From Bacilli bacterium (GTDB taxonomy: Bacteria > Bacillota_I > Bacilli_A > RF39 > UBA660), in assembly GCA_036342255.1 (NCBI GenBank), contig JAZAUS010000002.1, positions 6,334 through 70,333 of the forward strand: a DNA stretch of 64,000 bases, given 5' to 3'. Position 1 is the stretch's first letter. Every line of letters begins with the position of its first letter. The translations under genes and the position numbers were made by a program. Below, in pieces: positions 21,476 to 31,606 of this stretch. The notes beneath the pieces are model-generated. The model saw only the letters and a program-made list of their open reading frames with translations. It searched no databases and had not been told where the DNA came from.

Positions 21476-23788
21476 TTACTTAATGATTTTTTTATATTTT
21501 TCCTCTTCTTTTGTATATACTTCTGTTTCTAGTTGAAGTTTCATTATTTTTCCTAATATTTTTCTTAATTCTTTATCATATTCTTTTTTGTTATTAATGG
21601 CCTTTCCTTCTAACTCTTCAAGTGATGAGTTAATATCATCCATTAGCTTTACTACTATTTCATTTTTTATATCTAATTTTATATCGTTATCTATTAAATA
21701 GTTATTTAATTCTTTAACTGTAGAGGTTATTGCTTTTAACTTGTCCTCTTCAGTTAGTTCAACTTTTTTATTATTTTTAACTATTTCTTTGCTTTCTTTT
21801 AATTCTTTAATTAAACTATCTTTGTTATATTTATCTGGTTTAAATAAATCTAATATTTCGTATTTCTTTACTACTAATAATAATTCTTGTAATTCTCTTC
21901 TTAAATTTAGTTCTATTCTTTCGTAGTTAGAGGTTTTAAGTAGATTACTATTATTAAGAATATTATTTATCATATTTATATATTTAGTTTTAATTTCATT
22001 ATATTTATTTTCTATTTCTTCTTTATGTTTGTTTTTAGATGAATCATTAATAATTATATTTATTCCTTTTAATATTTCATCTATTTCTGGTAATCTACCA
22101 TTACCCTCTAATGAAGATTTTAGTTTTTCAAAAGGTACTGACTTATCATAGTAAATAGATACTTCATCATATAATTTAGAGATATTTAATTCTAATCTCT
22201 TATCTACATCAAAATCTTCTTGAAAAGAATAATCTGGTTTAGTATCTATACCTTTTTCTAATTGTTTAGATACCTCTTTAATAGCTTCATCTATATAATT
22301 AATTAATTCTTTATAAATTGATTCTTTTTTACTAGTATTCATTTCATTAGACATGGCTAAAATATTATTTATTTTAGCCTCTGTGGTACTAGTATCACCT
22401 ACTATAGATAGATTATTTTGAGATAATAATTTCTTATAGTTACTTAATCTTGACAAATAGTTAATAGCTTTTTCCTCACTATTTAACATCATAATTATTA
22501 TTTCTAATTTAGATAATAATATTGGCTTTAGGTTTTCTATATCTTTCCCATTATAACTAAAGGGAGTATCAAAACCAAATTTTGGTTCTAATTCTACTAT
22601 ATCTTTATCATATTCATCTAATAATTTATCTACTTCATCAAACACATTTTTCTTTGCAACACTAGGTAGATTATTACATATAATACTTATTTTATTTAAT
22701 AAAGCTTGGATGTCTTCATGGTATTTACTATATTTAGAATTAATATTCTTTATTTCACTTCCGTAAGATATTTTGATTTCTGATGGAACTAAGGCTTTTA
22801 TTTTATTCATTTCTTGTTTTGTTAGTGTAGGACCATCTAATACTATTTCTGTAATACCATCTTTAAGTTCATAATTATTATCTTTTATTGTCATTTCTAA
22901 CTCAATAAAAGTATTATATTTTATTACTTTTGATAAGTGTACTGTTTGTAATAGATCCTTTAAAAACTGAGTTTCTAAGAATTGTTTAGTTTCCTTATAT
23001 GATTCTGTTAAATATTTATAATGTGTTTTAATTCCTAAAATACTATCATCTTCTTCTTTGTTGTTTTCTAATAAAGTATTAAATAAGCCTTGTTTTGCAT
23101 ATAGAATTCCATCTTCTATTATCCAAGTTACTGGTGATACTTCAAGCCATATTTCTTCTTTTGTTCCATATATTATATCTGAATAAACATAGCGTATATA
23201 TTTTTTGTTTTTATACTCATATTCTTCATATGTTGTTTTATTTGTTTTACCTGTTGTATTATAAGGATTGCTATGGCCACCCTTAATAAATCTTATCTTT
23301 GTTGGATTTTCTATTCTACGTGTTTCTTTAATTGTTGTTGTTGGGATGGTATATGTATTTCCTGTTGGTTTTAATTCTTGACTATTATTTGCATTAGGTT
23401 GTTGATATATTTGAATACTACTTGCATTTTTTTGTTTATATAGTTGTTCTAATTCTTGTTGAAGTTCTGGTTCTACTTTATTTTGAGGATATTCTCCAAA
23501 CTCTATAGTTGTTATACTAGAATCATTATTAGTAATTGATGCTAGCATCTCTTGTGGTAATATTAACTTGGGATATACAGTGTTACTATCTTGAACGATT
23601 GTTAATTTACCTAAATATGTTATATTAAAATTTCCTTGAGTTAGGTTTGCTATAGGTAAACCAAGTCTCTTTACATACTCCTCATCAGTTTCTTCATTAT
23701 TATTGGGAAAATCAGAAGCATATCGAGAACGATTCTTCTTCCTTACTATCTCCAAATTTCGTAAATAATCTATTTTTATTTTTTCCAT
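21476..23788 (-). CDS. paralog family member P7 (type-2, about 770 aa)
   Basis: IEFGEYPQ, YEEYEYKNKKYIRY, WLEVSPVTW, ILDGPTL; start moved to M8 (ATG 23788 with AGGA RBS) versus ORF-track 23809, which lacks an RBS. Confidence 0.75.
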   Translation of the reverse strand: MEKIKIDYLRNLEIVRKKNRSRYASDFPNNNEETDEEYVKRLGLPIANLTQGNFNITYLGKLTIVQDSNTVYPKLILPQEMLASITNNDSSITTIEFGEYPQNKVEPELQQELEQLYKQKNASSIQIYQQPNANNSQELKPTGNTYTIPTTTIKETRRIENPTKIRFIKGGHSNPYNTTGKTNKTTYEEYEYKNKKYIRYVYSDIIYGTKEEIWLEVSPVTWIIEDGILYAKQGLFNTLLENNKEEDDSILGIKTHYKYLTESYKETKQFLETQFLKDLLQTVHLSKVIKYNTFIELEMTIKDNNYELKDGITEIVLDGPTLTKQEMNKIKALVPSEIKISYGSEIKNINSKYSKYHEDIQALLNKISIICNNLPSVAKKNVFDEVDKLLDEYDKDIVELEPKFGFDTPFSYNGKDIENLKPILLSKLEIIIMMLNSEEKAINYLSRLSNYKKLLSQNNLSIVGDTSTTEAKINNILAMSNEMNTSKKESIYKELINYIDEAIKEVSKQLEKGIDTKPDYSFQEDFDVDKRLELNISKLYDEVSIYYDKSVPFEKLKSSLEGNGRLPEIDEILKGINIIINDSSKNKHKEEIENKYNEIKTKYINMINNILNNSNLLKTSNYERIELNLRRELQELLLVVKKYEILDLFKPDKYNKDSLIKELKESKEIVKNNKKVELTEEDKLKAITSTVKELNNYLIDNDIKLDIKNEIVVKLMDDINSSLEELEGKAINNKKEYDKELRKILGKIMKLQLETEVYTKEEEKYKKIIK

Positions 23789-23828
23789 ATTTTTAATCCT
23801 TCTTTTCATCTAAAATATAATATTACCA

Positions 23829-24578
23829 TTACTTTATTCCTTTTTTCTTGTTTAAATATTCATATATACATTTTTCTCTTTTTAAATCGTTATTTTTAAC
23901 ATTAGTATTAGGTAACATTTGATAATCACTAGCAACATATGGTGTACTCTTCTTTTTAAAAAATACTGTCTCTACAGTTGAATAATTTGTTCCATCAAAT
24001 CCAAATCCTTCAGATACTTCTTTAAAACCTAAACTATGATATAAGTTTTTAGCTCTTAAATTATGCATTAAGCAATCAAATCCTATTTCATCGAATCCTT
24101 CTTCATGCATTTGTTCAATAAAGTATTTCAAAAGCCTTTTACCTATACTTTTACCACGTAAATTAGTATCAATACATATATTGGTTAAATACATATATTT
24201 TTTCTCAACGACTTCATCTATTAATACTTTTAAATAATTATCTACTGTAAATTTATAATTATCATTTACATTAATTAAGTTAGTATAATCATAATCTAGA
24301 TTTGTAGTTGTATCAATAGCTCCACATATTCCTATTATTTTTTTATTTTCTTTATCATATGCAACATAAAAGTTTTCATAATGAAATATAAATCCTTCTT
24401 CATGCATTAATGGAACTAACACCTTTATAGCTTCATCCAAATTATTATTAAACCAAAAAGGATATATATATGGATCTGTATCATATATTAATCTAGCTAT
24501 CTCACTAAAATCATCATCTATAGTAGCCCTTCTCAATATTATATCATCAAAATTTATTTCATAACTTTTCTTACTCAT
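23829..24578 (-). CDS. GNAT-family N-acetyltransferase embedded in the paralog array
   Basis: 249 aa; acetyl-CoA binding-like motif NLRGKSIGKRLL (R/Q-x-x-G-x-G/A) in translation. Confidence 0.6.
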   Translation of the reverse strand: MSKKSYEINFDDIILRRATIDDDFSEIARLIYDTDPYIYPFWFNNNLDEAIKVLVPLMHEEGFIFHYENFYVAYDKENKKIIGICGAIDTTTNLDYDYTNLINVNDNYKFTVDNYLKVLIDEVVEKKYMYLTNICIDTNLRGKSIGKRLLKYFIEQMHEEGFDEIGFDCLMHNLRAKNLYHSLGFKEVSEGFGFDGTNYSTVETVFFKKKSTPYVASDYQMLPNTNVKNNDLKREKCIYEYLNKKKGIK

Positions 24579-24616
24579 TATTTTATTCTCCTTATATCTT
24601 TTATATTTAGTTATTT

Positions 24617-26752
24617 CTATTTAATACTCTTATTATAGTTATTTACATCCTTAACATAAATTTCAGTTCTTATTCTTATATTAATTATCTCACCTAATAT
24701 CTTATTTAATATATCATTATATTCTTTTTCATTTTTAATATCTTTTTTTTCTATATTTAGAATATATTTATCTATAATATTATTAAATTCAATTCCTATC
24801 TGTTCTATAGTTTTTTGATCTGTTATATTATCCATTAGATAATTATGAGTTTCTATGACAGTAGAAGTAATTGCCTTTAATTCATCTTTTTCAGATAATT
24901 GTCTAATTCCTGAAATATTAATAATAATCTTACTTTCTCTTAATTGTTCCAAAATATTATCCTTATTATATCTTCTATAACCATATACATCTAGTAAATT
25001 ATTCTTCTTTATTAATTTTAATAATGATTGTAATTCTTTTATTAAATCTGTTTCTATTTCATCATAATTTGTTTTATTAAACAATTCATCATTACCTTGA
25101 AGTTCATTAAGTAATATATCTCTTAATTTATCTATATATTTATTTCTAATAGAATTATATTTATTATTTACTTCTTCTTTATATTGGTTATTTGGTAAAT
25201 AGCTAATAATTTCTTCTATAGATAACAATAGATCTTTTATTTCAGAATTAATATGATTCTCTTTTAATAAAGAGCTTAATAGTTCATGAAGTGGAGCAAT
25301 TTTTTCATAATAAGATTTTACTTCATCGTATAGTTTTGAAATGTTTAATTCAAATTTTTTATCAATATCAAATTCTTTTTTTGTTGTTAAATCTATTTCA
25401 TTATCTATATCTTTTTCTAATATACTTGATAAGTCTTTAATAGCATCATCTATATATTTTGTTAATTTATTTTTTAGTATTATATCTTTACGTCCAGTAG
25501 TTTTATTCAACATAAAGACAATATTATTAATTTTATTATCTATAGAATTATCATCTTTTATTAATTCTAACTGTTCTTTTTTTGTTAATTTCTTAAAACT
25601 ACTTAATCTTTCTAAATACTTAATAGTTTTATCTTCATTATTTAAATTAGATATAATTATTTCTAATTTAGTTATTAGTAGTGGCTTTAATAATCTTACA
25701 TCTTTTTGTTCAAGACTAAAAGTTTCATTGAGACTAAAACTTGGTTTTAAAGAATCAATATCTTTATCATATTCTTTTAATATATTTTCTACATTTGATA
25801 AAACATTATTTTTAGCATTATCTGGCAAGTTATTACATATATCATTTATTTTATCTAATAAATCTTGAATTTCTTTTGGATATTTATTAGATTCTTTTTT
25901 TTCTATTTTTGATTGTTCTGTTATTTTTTCTTTTACATCATTATTAAAAGAAATATTTATACCATTTGGTATTAATAAACTAATTCTTTTTTCTTCAAGA
26001 AAGCTTAATTTAGGTCCACAAAAAACAATATTAGTAATTCCTTTATAAACCTTAAATCTATTGTTATCTTCAATTATATTCTTTAATTCAGTAAAATTTT
26101 GATAATTAATTGTTTTTTTAAAATTAACGGATTGTAAAATATCTTTCAAAAAATATTTTTGTAAAAATTTAGTAGTTTTTTCATATGCTATGGTGTAATT
26201 AAGATGAGAATTAGCACTATAATCTCCTTCTAATAAATAATTAAGCAATCCATCTCTTGAATATAAAACTCCACCTTCAATTTTCCATTTTATTGGTAAT
26301 ACTTTAAACCAACCTTTTTCAGTTATTTTAGTTTCAATATCATAAAAAGCATAGCGAATATACTTTTTACCTTTATATTCAAATTCTTGAAATATTTTTT
26401 TATTTGTTTTAGGATAGCCTTTTTCTAATCTAGATATTTCAATTGTAAAAGTATTACCAGTAGTTTTTAACTCTTCCTGGTAAGATTGATACTTTTTTTC
26501 CAATTCTTCTCTTAATTTTTGTTCAACTCTCTCTTGAGGATAATATCCTAATTCTATCATTTTTACATTAGGATCATTATTTGTTTTTAGTGATAATATT
26601 TCTTCTGGTATTATTAATTTAGGATAAACAAATTCTTTAGAAAAGATGGATTTTTTTGATCTATTAAGATTTGCAAAAACTGTACCCTGAAGATTTACAT
26701 TTATCTTTTTTTTCTCATCTTCAGTCATATCATCAATTATTATTTTTTTCAT
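24617..26752 (-). CDS. paralog family member P8 (type-2, 711 aa; first in transcription order)
   Basis: IELGYYPQ, FQEFEYKGKKYIRY, WFKVLPIKW, FLKDILQSV, YPKEIQDLLDKINDICNNLPDN core. Confidence 0.8.
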   Translation of the reverse strand: MKKIIIDDMTEDEKKKINVNLQGTVFANLNRSKKSIFSKEFVYPKLIIPEEILSLKTNNDPNVKMIELGYYPQERVEQKLREELEKKYQSYQEELKTTGNTFTIEISRLEKGYPKTNKKIFQEFEYKGKKYIRYAFYDIETKITEKGWFKVLPIKWKIEGGVLYSRDGLLNYLLEGDYSANSHLNYTIAYEKTTKFLQKYFLKDILQSVNFKKTINYQNFTELKNIIEDNNRFKVYKGITNIVFCGPKLSFLEEKRISLLIPNGINISFNNDVKEKITEQSKIEKKESNKYPKEIQDLLDKINDICNNLPDNAKNNVLSNVENILKEYDKDIDSLKPSFSLNETFSLEQKDVRLLKPLLITKLEIIISNLNNEDKTIKYLERLSSFKKLTKKEQLELIKDDNSIDNKINNIVFMLNKTTGRKDIILKNKLTKYIDDAIKDLSSILEKDIDNEIDLTTKKEFDIDKKFELNISKLYDEVKSYYEKIAPLHELLSSLLKENHINSEIKDLLLSIEEIISYLPNNQYKEEVNNKYNSIRNKYIDKLRDILLNELQGNDELFNKTNYDEIETDLIKELQSLLKLIKKNNLLDVYGYRRYNKDNILEQLRESKIIINISGIRQLSEKDELKAITSTVIETHNYLMDNITDQKTIEQIGIEFNNIIDKYILNIEKKDIKNEKEYNDILNKILGEIINIRIRTEIYVKDVNNYNKSIK

Positions 26753-26780
26753 AAAAACCTCCTATAATTTTAATTATATA

Positions 26781-27779
26781 TTATTTTATATCTGCCCATA
26801 TATTATCATATTTGCTAATGTTATTTCCTATATTTTTTACATAATACCCATTATTGAATATTTTTTGTGGAGATATTATACTGTTTTGTTTTATATTATT
26901 GGGACTTATATATGGATATTCTTTAGTTATACTGTCACTTACTTCATTTCTTAATAAATAATTAATGAATTTATAGGCATTTTCTAAATTTTTAGCTCCT
27001 TTTACTATACAGTAATTATCAGTACTTATGGCATGTCCTTCTTTGGGATCAATTATTTCTATATTTGGATTTTTTTCTTTTGCTAATTCGGCTTCGGCGT
27101 TCCACATAACGCCGATATCTGTTTCTTCTGTTATAAAGAAGCTTTTAGGACTATCACTATCATAGGCTTTTACGTTTTCTTTTAATTTTAATAGCCAATC
27201 TTTGGCTCTATCTAAGGCTATTGAATCTGTTGAACTCATATCATAGCCATTGGCTAATAGAGCCATTCCAATTATTATTCTTTGATCTTCTATAAGTACG
27301 ATATTATTTTTATATTTTTTATTTAATAAATCATTATAGCTTGATATTTTATCTTTAATATTATTTCTATTTACTGCTATTACTACTTCTGTTGTTAAGA
27401 ATGGTAGTGAGTAATCATTGTTGTAGTCATATACTTGTCTTAAAAATATATTATTTAAATTATTAATATTAGTTATTTGACTTTTATCTAATTGTTGAAT
27501 TAATCCTCTTTTTTTCATTAATTCAACCATATAATCACTTGGAAATATTACATCATATGTTCCTTCTTTAGAAGAATTAACTTTAGCTAATAATTCTTCA
27601 TTTGATGAATAAGTACCATAATTAACTTTAATTCCGGTTTCTTTTTCAAAATTTGATATTACTTCATCTGGAATGTAAGACGACCAATTTAGAACGTTTA
27701 CACTATTATTACTATTAGTATTTTTAGAACAGCCTGTTAAAATAATAAATAATAATATTAGTAGTAGTTTTTTATTCAT
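26781..27779 (-). CDS. potD: spermidine/putrescine ABC transporter substrate-binding lipoprotein
   Basis: 332 aa, lipobox LTGC after signal peptide; follows potABC. Confidence 0.8.
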   Translation of the reverse strand: MNKKLLLILLFIILTGCSKNTNSNNSVNVLNWSSYIPDEVISNFEKETGIKVNYGTYSSNEELLAKVNSSKEGTYDVIFPSDYMVELMKKRGLIQQLDKSQITNINNLNNIFLRQVYDYNNDYSLPFLTTEVVIAVNRNNIKDKISSYNDLLNKKYKNNIVLIEDQRIIIGMALLANGYDMSSTDSIALDRAKDWLLKLKENVKAYDSDSPKSFFITEETDIGVMWNAEAELAKEKNPNIEIIDPKEGHAISTDNYCIVKGAKNLENAYKFINYLLRNEVSDSITKEYPYISPNNIKQNSIISPQKIFNNGYYVKNIGNNISKYDNIWADIK

Positions 27780-28564
27780 CTTACTTCACCTGCTGCTATC
27801 TTTCTTGATTGATTTATAGCTGATGCTGTTAAGATAATTATTGTTACTAGTAGCATTAGTGTTGATAAGGCATTAACATCAGGAGTGATACCTGTTTTGA
27901 TAATAGAATATATTTTTAATGGTAATGTATTACTTCCTGGTCCAGCCGTAAAATAACTTATTACTACATCATCCATTGATAGAGTGAAAGCTAATGTTGC
28001 TCCACTTATTACACCCGGCATAATGGATGGTAAAGTTATTTTTAAAAAAGTTGTAAATTCATTTGCTCCTAAATCAGCTGCTGCTTCTTCATATGTTTTT
28101 ATTAGTGGTGATAAGGTTGAGCGTACACTAACTATTACATATGGTATTGAGAAAGCTATATGTGATAATATTAGGGTAAACATTCCTAGTTCTAATTTTA
28201 ATAAAGTATACATTGATAATAGAGATATACCTAATACTATTTCTGGTATAACTATTGGTATATAGATTAATTTGTTTATTAAATTTTTTCCTGGAAAATT
28301 GTGTTTATTTAGGCCTACAGCACCTATAGTGCCTATTATTGTTGAGATAACAGTACTAGTTATAGCTATAATCATGGTATTTATAAATGCTTCTAATAAA
28401 TCTCTGTTGTGAAGTAAGGTATTGTACCATTTAAAAGTAAAGCCTTCAAAAATAATATTCATTTTTGAAGTATTAAAAGAAAACACTATTAGTATGATAA
28501 TTGGTAAATATAGGAAGAAGAATACTAGTGCAACAAATAGGTTTTTTAAGTGTTTATTTTTCAT
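27776..28564 (-). CDS. potC: spermidine/putrescine ABC transporter permease
   Basis: 262 aa, 6 TM, ABC permease EAA-like region; 4-nt overlap with potD. Confidence 0.8.
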   Translation of the reverse strand: MKNKHLKNLFVALVFFFLYLPIIILIVFSFNTSKMNIIFEGFTFKWYNTLLHNRDLLEAFINTMIIAITSTVISTIIGTIGAVGLNKHNFPGKNLINKLIYIPIVIPEIVLGISLLSMYTLLKLELGMFTLILSHIAFSIPYVIVSVRSTLSPLIKTYEEAAADLGANEFTTFLKITLPSIMPGVISGATLAFTLSMDDVVISYFTAGPGSNTLPLKIYSIIKTGITPDVNALSTLMLLVTIIILTASAINQSRKIAAGEVR

Positions 28565-29419
28565 TTACATTCCTCCTAATTCATCTAATTTACCACCAAG
28601 TTTTTTATAAATTTGTACTAATATGAAAGTAACAAGGATTAAGAAAATTGAAATAGCTGAACCTAACGGCCAATTTCTTGCGGTTAAGAATTGGTTTTTA
28701 ATTAAATTACCTATTATCATTACTTTTCCTCCACCTAATATATCAGCTATAAAGAAATATCCAATAGCTGGTATAAATACCATTAAAGACCCATTAAAAA
28801 CTCCTGATATGGTTTCTGGGACAATGATATTTTTAAACACTTTAAATGGAGTTGCTCCTAAATCTCTGGCTGCTTCAATGATGTTTTCATCAATTTTGAA
28901 GACAGCACTGCATACTGGCATTATCATAAATGGTAATAATGTATATGTCATACCTATAATAATGCCTATGTTATTATACATTAATGATAGTGGTTTATCT
29001 ATTAAGGATAATCCTTGCAAAGTATTATTTATTACTCCTGTTTTTCTTAAGAGAACTATCCAACCATAGGTTCTAATTAGAGAATTGGTTAGGAATGGTA
29101 TCATTACTAATTTGGTCATTAGATTTCTGGTTGATTCTTTTTTTTCTCTTAATATTAGAGCAAATGGGTATGCTATACATATACATATTATAGTAGTTAT
29201 TATGGCTATTAAGCTTGATTTTAATAGAATTCTAATATATGTTAAGTTAAAGATAGTTAAATAATTTATTAGGCTAAAATTATATATAACTCCGCCATAT
29301 GAATCGTTTTGACAGAAGCTTAAGAAGAATATATAAATTAGAGGTAATAGTATTAAGATAAGGCTATAGATGGTAACTGGTAAAATAAATAGGTATTTAA
29401 ATAATTTATTTTTATTCAT
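28565..29419 (-). CDS. potB: spermidine/putrescine ABC transporter permease
   Basis: 284 aa, polytopic permease; overlaps potA by 8 nt. Confidence 0.8.
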   Translation of the reverse strand: MNKNKLFKYLFILPVTIYSLILILLPLIYIFFLSFCQNDSYGGVIYNFSLINYLTIFNLTYIRILLKSSLIAIITTIICICIAYPFALILREKKESTRNLMTKLVMIPFLTNSLIRTYGWIVLLRKTGVINNTLQGLSLIDKPLSLMYNNIGIIIGMTYTLLPFMIMPVCSAVFKIDENIIEAARDLGATPFKVFKNIIVPETISGVFNGSLMVFIPAIGYFFIADILGGGKVMIIGNLIKNQFLTARNWPLGSAISIFLILVTFILVQIYKKLGGKLDELGGM

Positions 29420-30488
29420 ATTTTTTTCCTCTAATTGGTACTATATCTTCATCTTCTATTTTTATATATATTTCTTCTTCTTCAATAAAATCTATATTAC
29501 CATTGGTATTAACTTTTAAATCTAATTCTCCTTCAGTATCGATAAATAATTTTGTAATAGCGCCATCATAAACAACATCTTTAACTACTCCTTTAATACT
29601 ATTTTTTAAGGGGTTCTTTGATATTTTTATGTTTTCTGGTCTTATTAGAATGCTTATTCTATTTTTTACTTTATCTGATTCATGTTTAGGAATTGTAAAT
29701 GTTATATTATCTTCTATTTTTATTTTGGTTTCATCATTTTTAATAGAGGTAATTATACCAGGGATGATGTTGGATTCTCCTATAAAGTCTGCTGCAAATA
29801 TGGTATTTGGTTTACGATATATATTTTGTGGAGTATCATTTTGTTGAATTATACCTTTATCAATAATAACGATACGATCACTCATAGTTAAGGCTTCATC
29901 TTGATCATGAGTAACATAAATAAATGTTATTCCTAATTTTTTTTGTATTTTTTTTAGTTCTATTTGCATTGTTCTTTTTAATTTAAGATCTAGTGAACAT
30001 AATGATTCATCTAGTAATAGTACTTTAGGATTCATTATTACTCCTCTGGCAATAGCTACTCTTTGTTGTTGTCCTCCTGATAATTGAGATGGTAATCTAT
30101 CTTCAAATCCTTCTAGTTTCACTAACTTTATAACATTTTTTACCCTTTTTTCTATTTCTTCAGGATCAACTTTTTTCATTTTTAAGCCAAAGCTTATATT
30201 ATCCCAAGTTGTCATATGTGGAAATAAAGCAAAATTTTGAAAAATGGTATTTACTTCTCTTTTGGTTGGATCAACATTTGTTACGTCTACATTATCTAAA
30301 TAAATTTTACCATTTGTTACTTTTTCTAATCCTGATATCATTCTAAGAATAGTTGTTTTACCACAACCAGATGGACCTAATAGAGTTAAGAATTCTCCTT
30401 CATATATGTCTAATGATAAATTTTTAATTACATATTTATCATTATATTTTTTAGAAATATTATCTAATTTTACAATTACTTTTTCCAT
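29412..30488 (-). CDS. potA: spermidine/putrescine ABC transporter ATP-binding protein
   Basis: 358 aa; Walker A GPSGCGKTT, ABC signature LSGGQQQRVAIARG, C-terminal TOBE-like domain. Confidence 0.85.
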   Translation of the reverse strand: MEKVIVKLDNISKKYNDKYVIKNLSLDIYEGEFLTLLGPSGCGKTTILRMISGLEKVTNGKIYLDNVDVTNVDPTKREVNTIFQNFALFPHMTTWDNISFGLKMKKVDPEEIEKRVKNVIKLVKLEGFEDRLPSQLSGGQQQRVAIARGVIMNPKVLLLDESLCSLDLKLKRTMQIELKKIQKKLGITFIYVTHDQDEALTMSDRIVIIDKGIIQQNDTPQNIYRKPNTIFAADFIGESNIIPGIITSIKNDETKIKIEDNITFTIPKHESDKVKNRISILIRPENIKISKNPLKNSIKGVVKDVVYDGAITKLFIDTEGELDLKVNTNGNIDFIEEEEIYIKIEDEDIVPIRGKKYE

Positions 30489-30555
30489 ACTATCTCCCTC
30501 TATTTTCTTTATTTAATTATATCATTATAATATATATAAATCAATTATTTAGAGA

Positions 30556-30587
30556 TATAAAAAAGAGTATTAAATATTTAATACTCT
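30556..30587 (-). terminator. rho-independent terminator after carbamate kinase
   Basis: perfect hairpin agagtattaaa/tttaatactct (30564..30587) preceded on + strand by A-run (T-run on minus). Confidence 0.6.
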
Positions 30588-30588
30588 G

Positions 30589-31530
30589 TTATTTGTTTTT
30601 GATTATTGTTCCTGTTAATCCTTTAACAGCATCACTTGCTTTCTCTAGTGAAGATATGATAGCTTTTCTAGTATTATCTCCTTTTACAAAGTCGATACAT
30701 GCTTCTACTTTTGGAAGCATACTTCCTTTAGCAAAATGTCCATCATTTATATATTTTTCTGCTTCTTTTACGGTTAGTTTATCTAACTCTTTTACTTTTG
30801 GAGTATTATAGTTTAGACATACTTTGTCAACTGCTGTTAGAATTAGTAATGTGTCTGCCTTTATTTCTTTGGCAAGAAGGGCTGCGGATCTATCTTTATC
30901 TATTACTGCTTCAACTCCTTCTAATAATTCTATTTTATTAGTTTTTATTACTGGAATTCCTCCACCACCTACTGCTATGACTATATTATCATTATTTACT
31001 AGTTGTTCAATAACATTTTTTTCAATGATATCGATAGGTTTAGGAGATGGTACTACTCTTCTATAGCCACGACCGGCATCTTCAACAAAAACATATCCTT
31101 TTTCTGCTACAATTTTGTCAGCTTCTTCTTTAGTATAAAATTTACCAATTGGTTTAGTTGGGTTGGAGAATGCACTATCTTTAGGATCAACTAGGACTTG
31201 TGTTATTAGTGTGGCACAATTCTTTTTTACTTTTTGACGTTCTAATTCATCTTGTAAGCATTGTTGTAATTGATATCCAATATAACCTTGACTCATACTT
31301 CCGCATTCTGGAAATGGCATTGATGGAGTTTTCACTTCACCTAAATGAGAATAATCCATAGCTAGAAATATTTGACCTACTTGTGGACCATTTCCATGTG
31401 TTAATACTATTTTGTTACCACTTTTTACTAAGTCAACAATTATTTTAGCAACACCTTCTAATAAATCTAATTGTTCTTCAGGACTATTACCTAAAGCATT
31501 TCCTCCTAGAGCTATTACTATTTTACTCAA
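30589..31530 (-). CDS. arcC: carbamate kinase
   Basis: 313 aa; N-term MSKIVIALGGNALG and amino-acid kinase fold motifs typical of carbamate kinase. Confidence 0.85.
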   Translation of the reverse strand: MSKIVIALGGNALGNSPEEQLDLLEGVAKIIVDLVKSGNKIVLTHGNGPQVGQIFLAMDYSHLGEVKTPSMPFPECGSMSQGYIGYQLQQCLQDELERQKVKKNCATLITQVLVDPKDSAFSNPTKPIGKFYTKEEADKIVAEKGYVFVEDAGRGYRRVVPSPKPIDIIEKNVIEQLVNNDNIVIAVGGGGIPVIKTNKIELLEGVEAVIDKDRSAALLAKEIKADTLLILTAVDKVCLNYNTPKVKELDKLTVKEAEKYINDGHFAKGSMLPKVEACIDFVKGDNTRKAIISSLEKASDAVKGLTGTIIKNK

Positions 31531-31606
31531 ACTATCATCCTACTTTCTATATTTAGAGTATATCATATTTATTTATTATGTTCAATAAAATGAAGATAAG
31601 TATTTA

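Larger units (their letters stand above)
6685..26752 (-). repeat. tandem array of 8 paralogous large CDS (plus embedded GNAT and small membrane protein), co-directional, 18-41 bp spacers
   Basis: shared protein motifs across all 8 ORFs (EFGEYPQ, YEEYEYNGKKYIR, W-KV-PIKW, FLKDILQSV, YpKDIQdLLDKI-ICNNLPDN-KK, NISKLYDEV, KAITSTV-ELNNYL, C-terminal Y-K-K/HTK). Confidence 0.85.

Noticed and set aside
6685-26752. Array as Rhs/YD-repeat polymorphic toxins or as variable surface lipoproteins
   Set aside because: There are no YD repeats, PAAR/RHS core, lipobox, signal peptide, LPxTG or TM segment in any member. Sizes and motifs do not fit those families.
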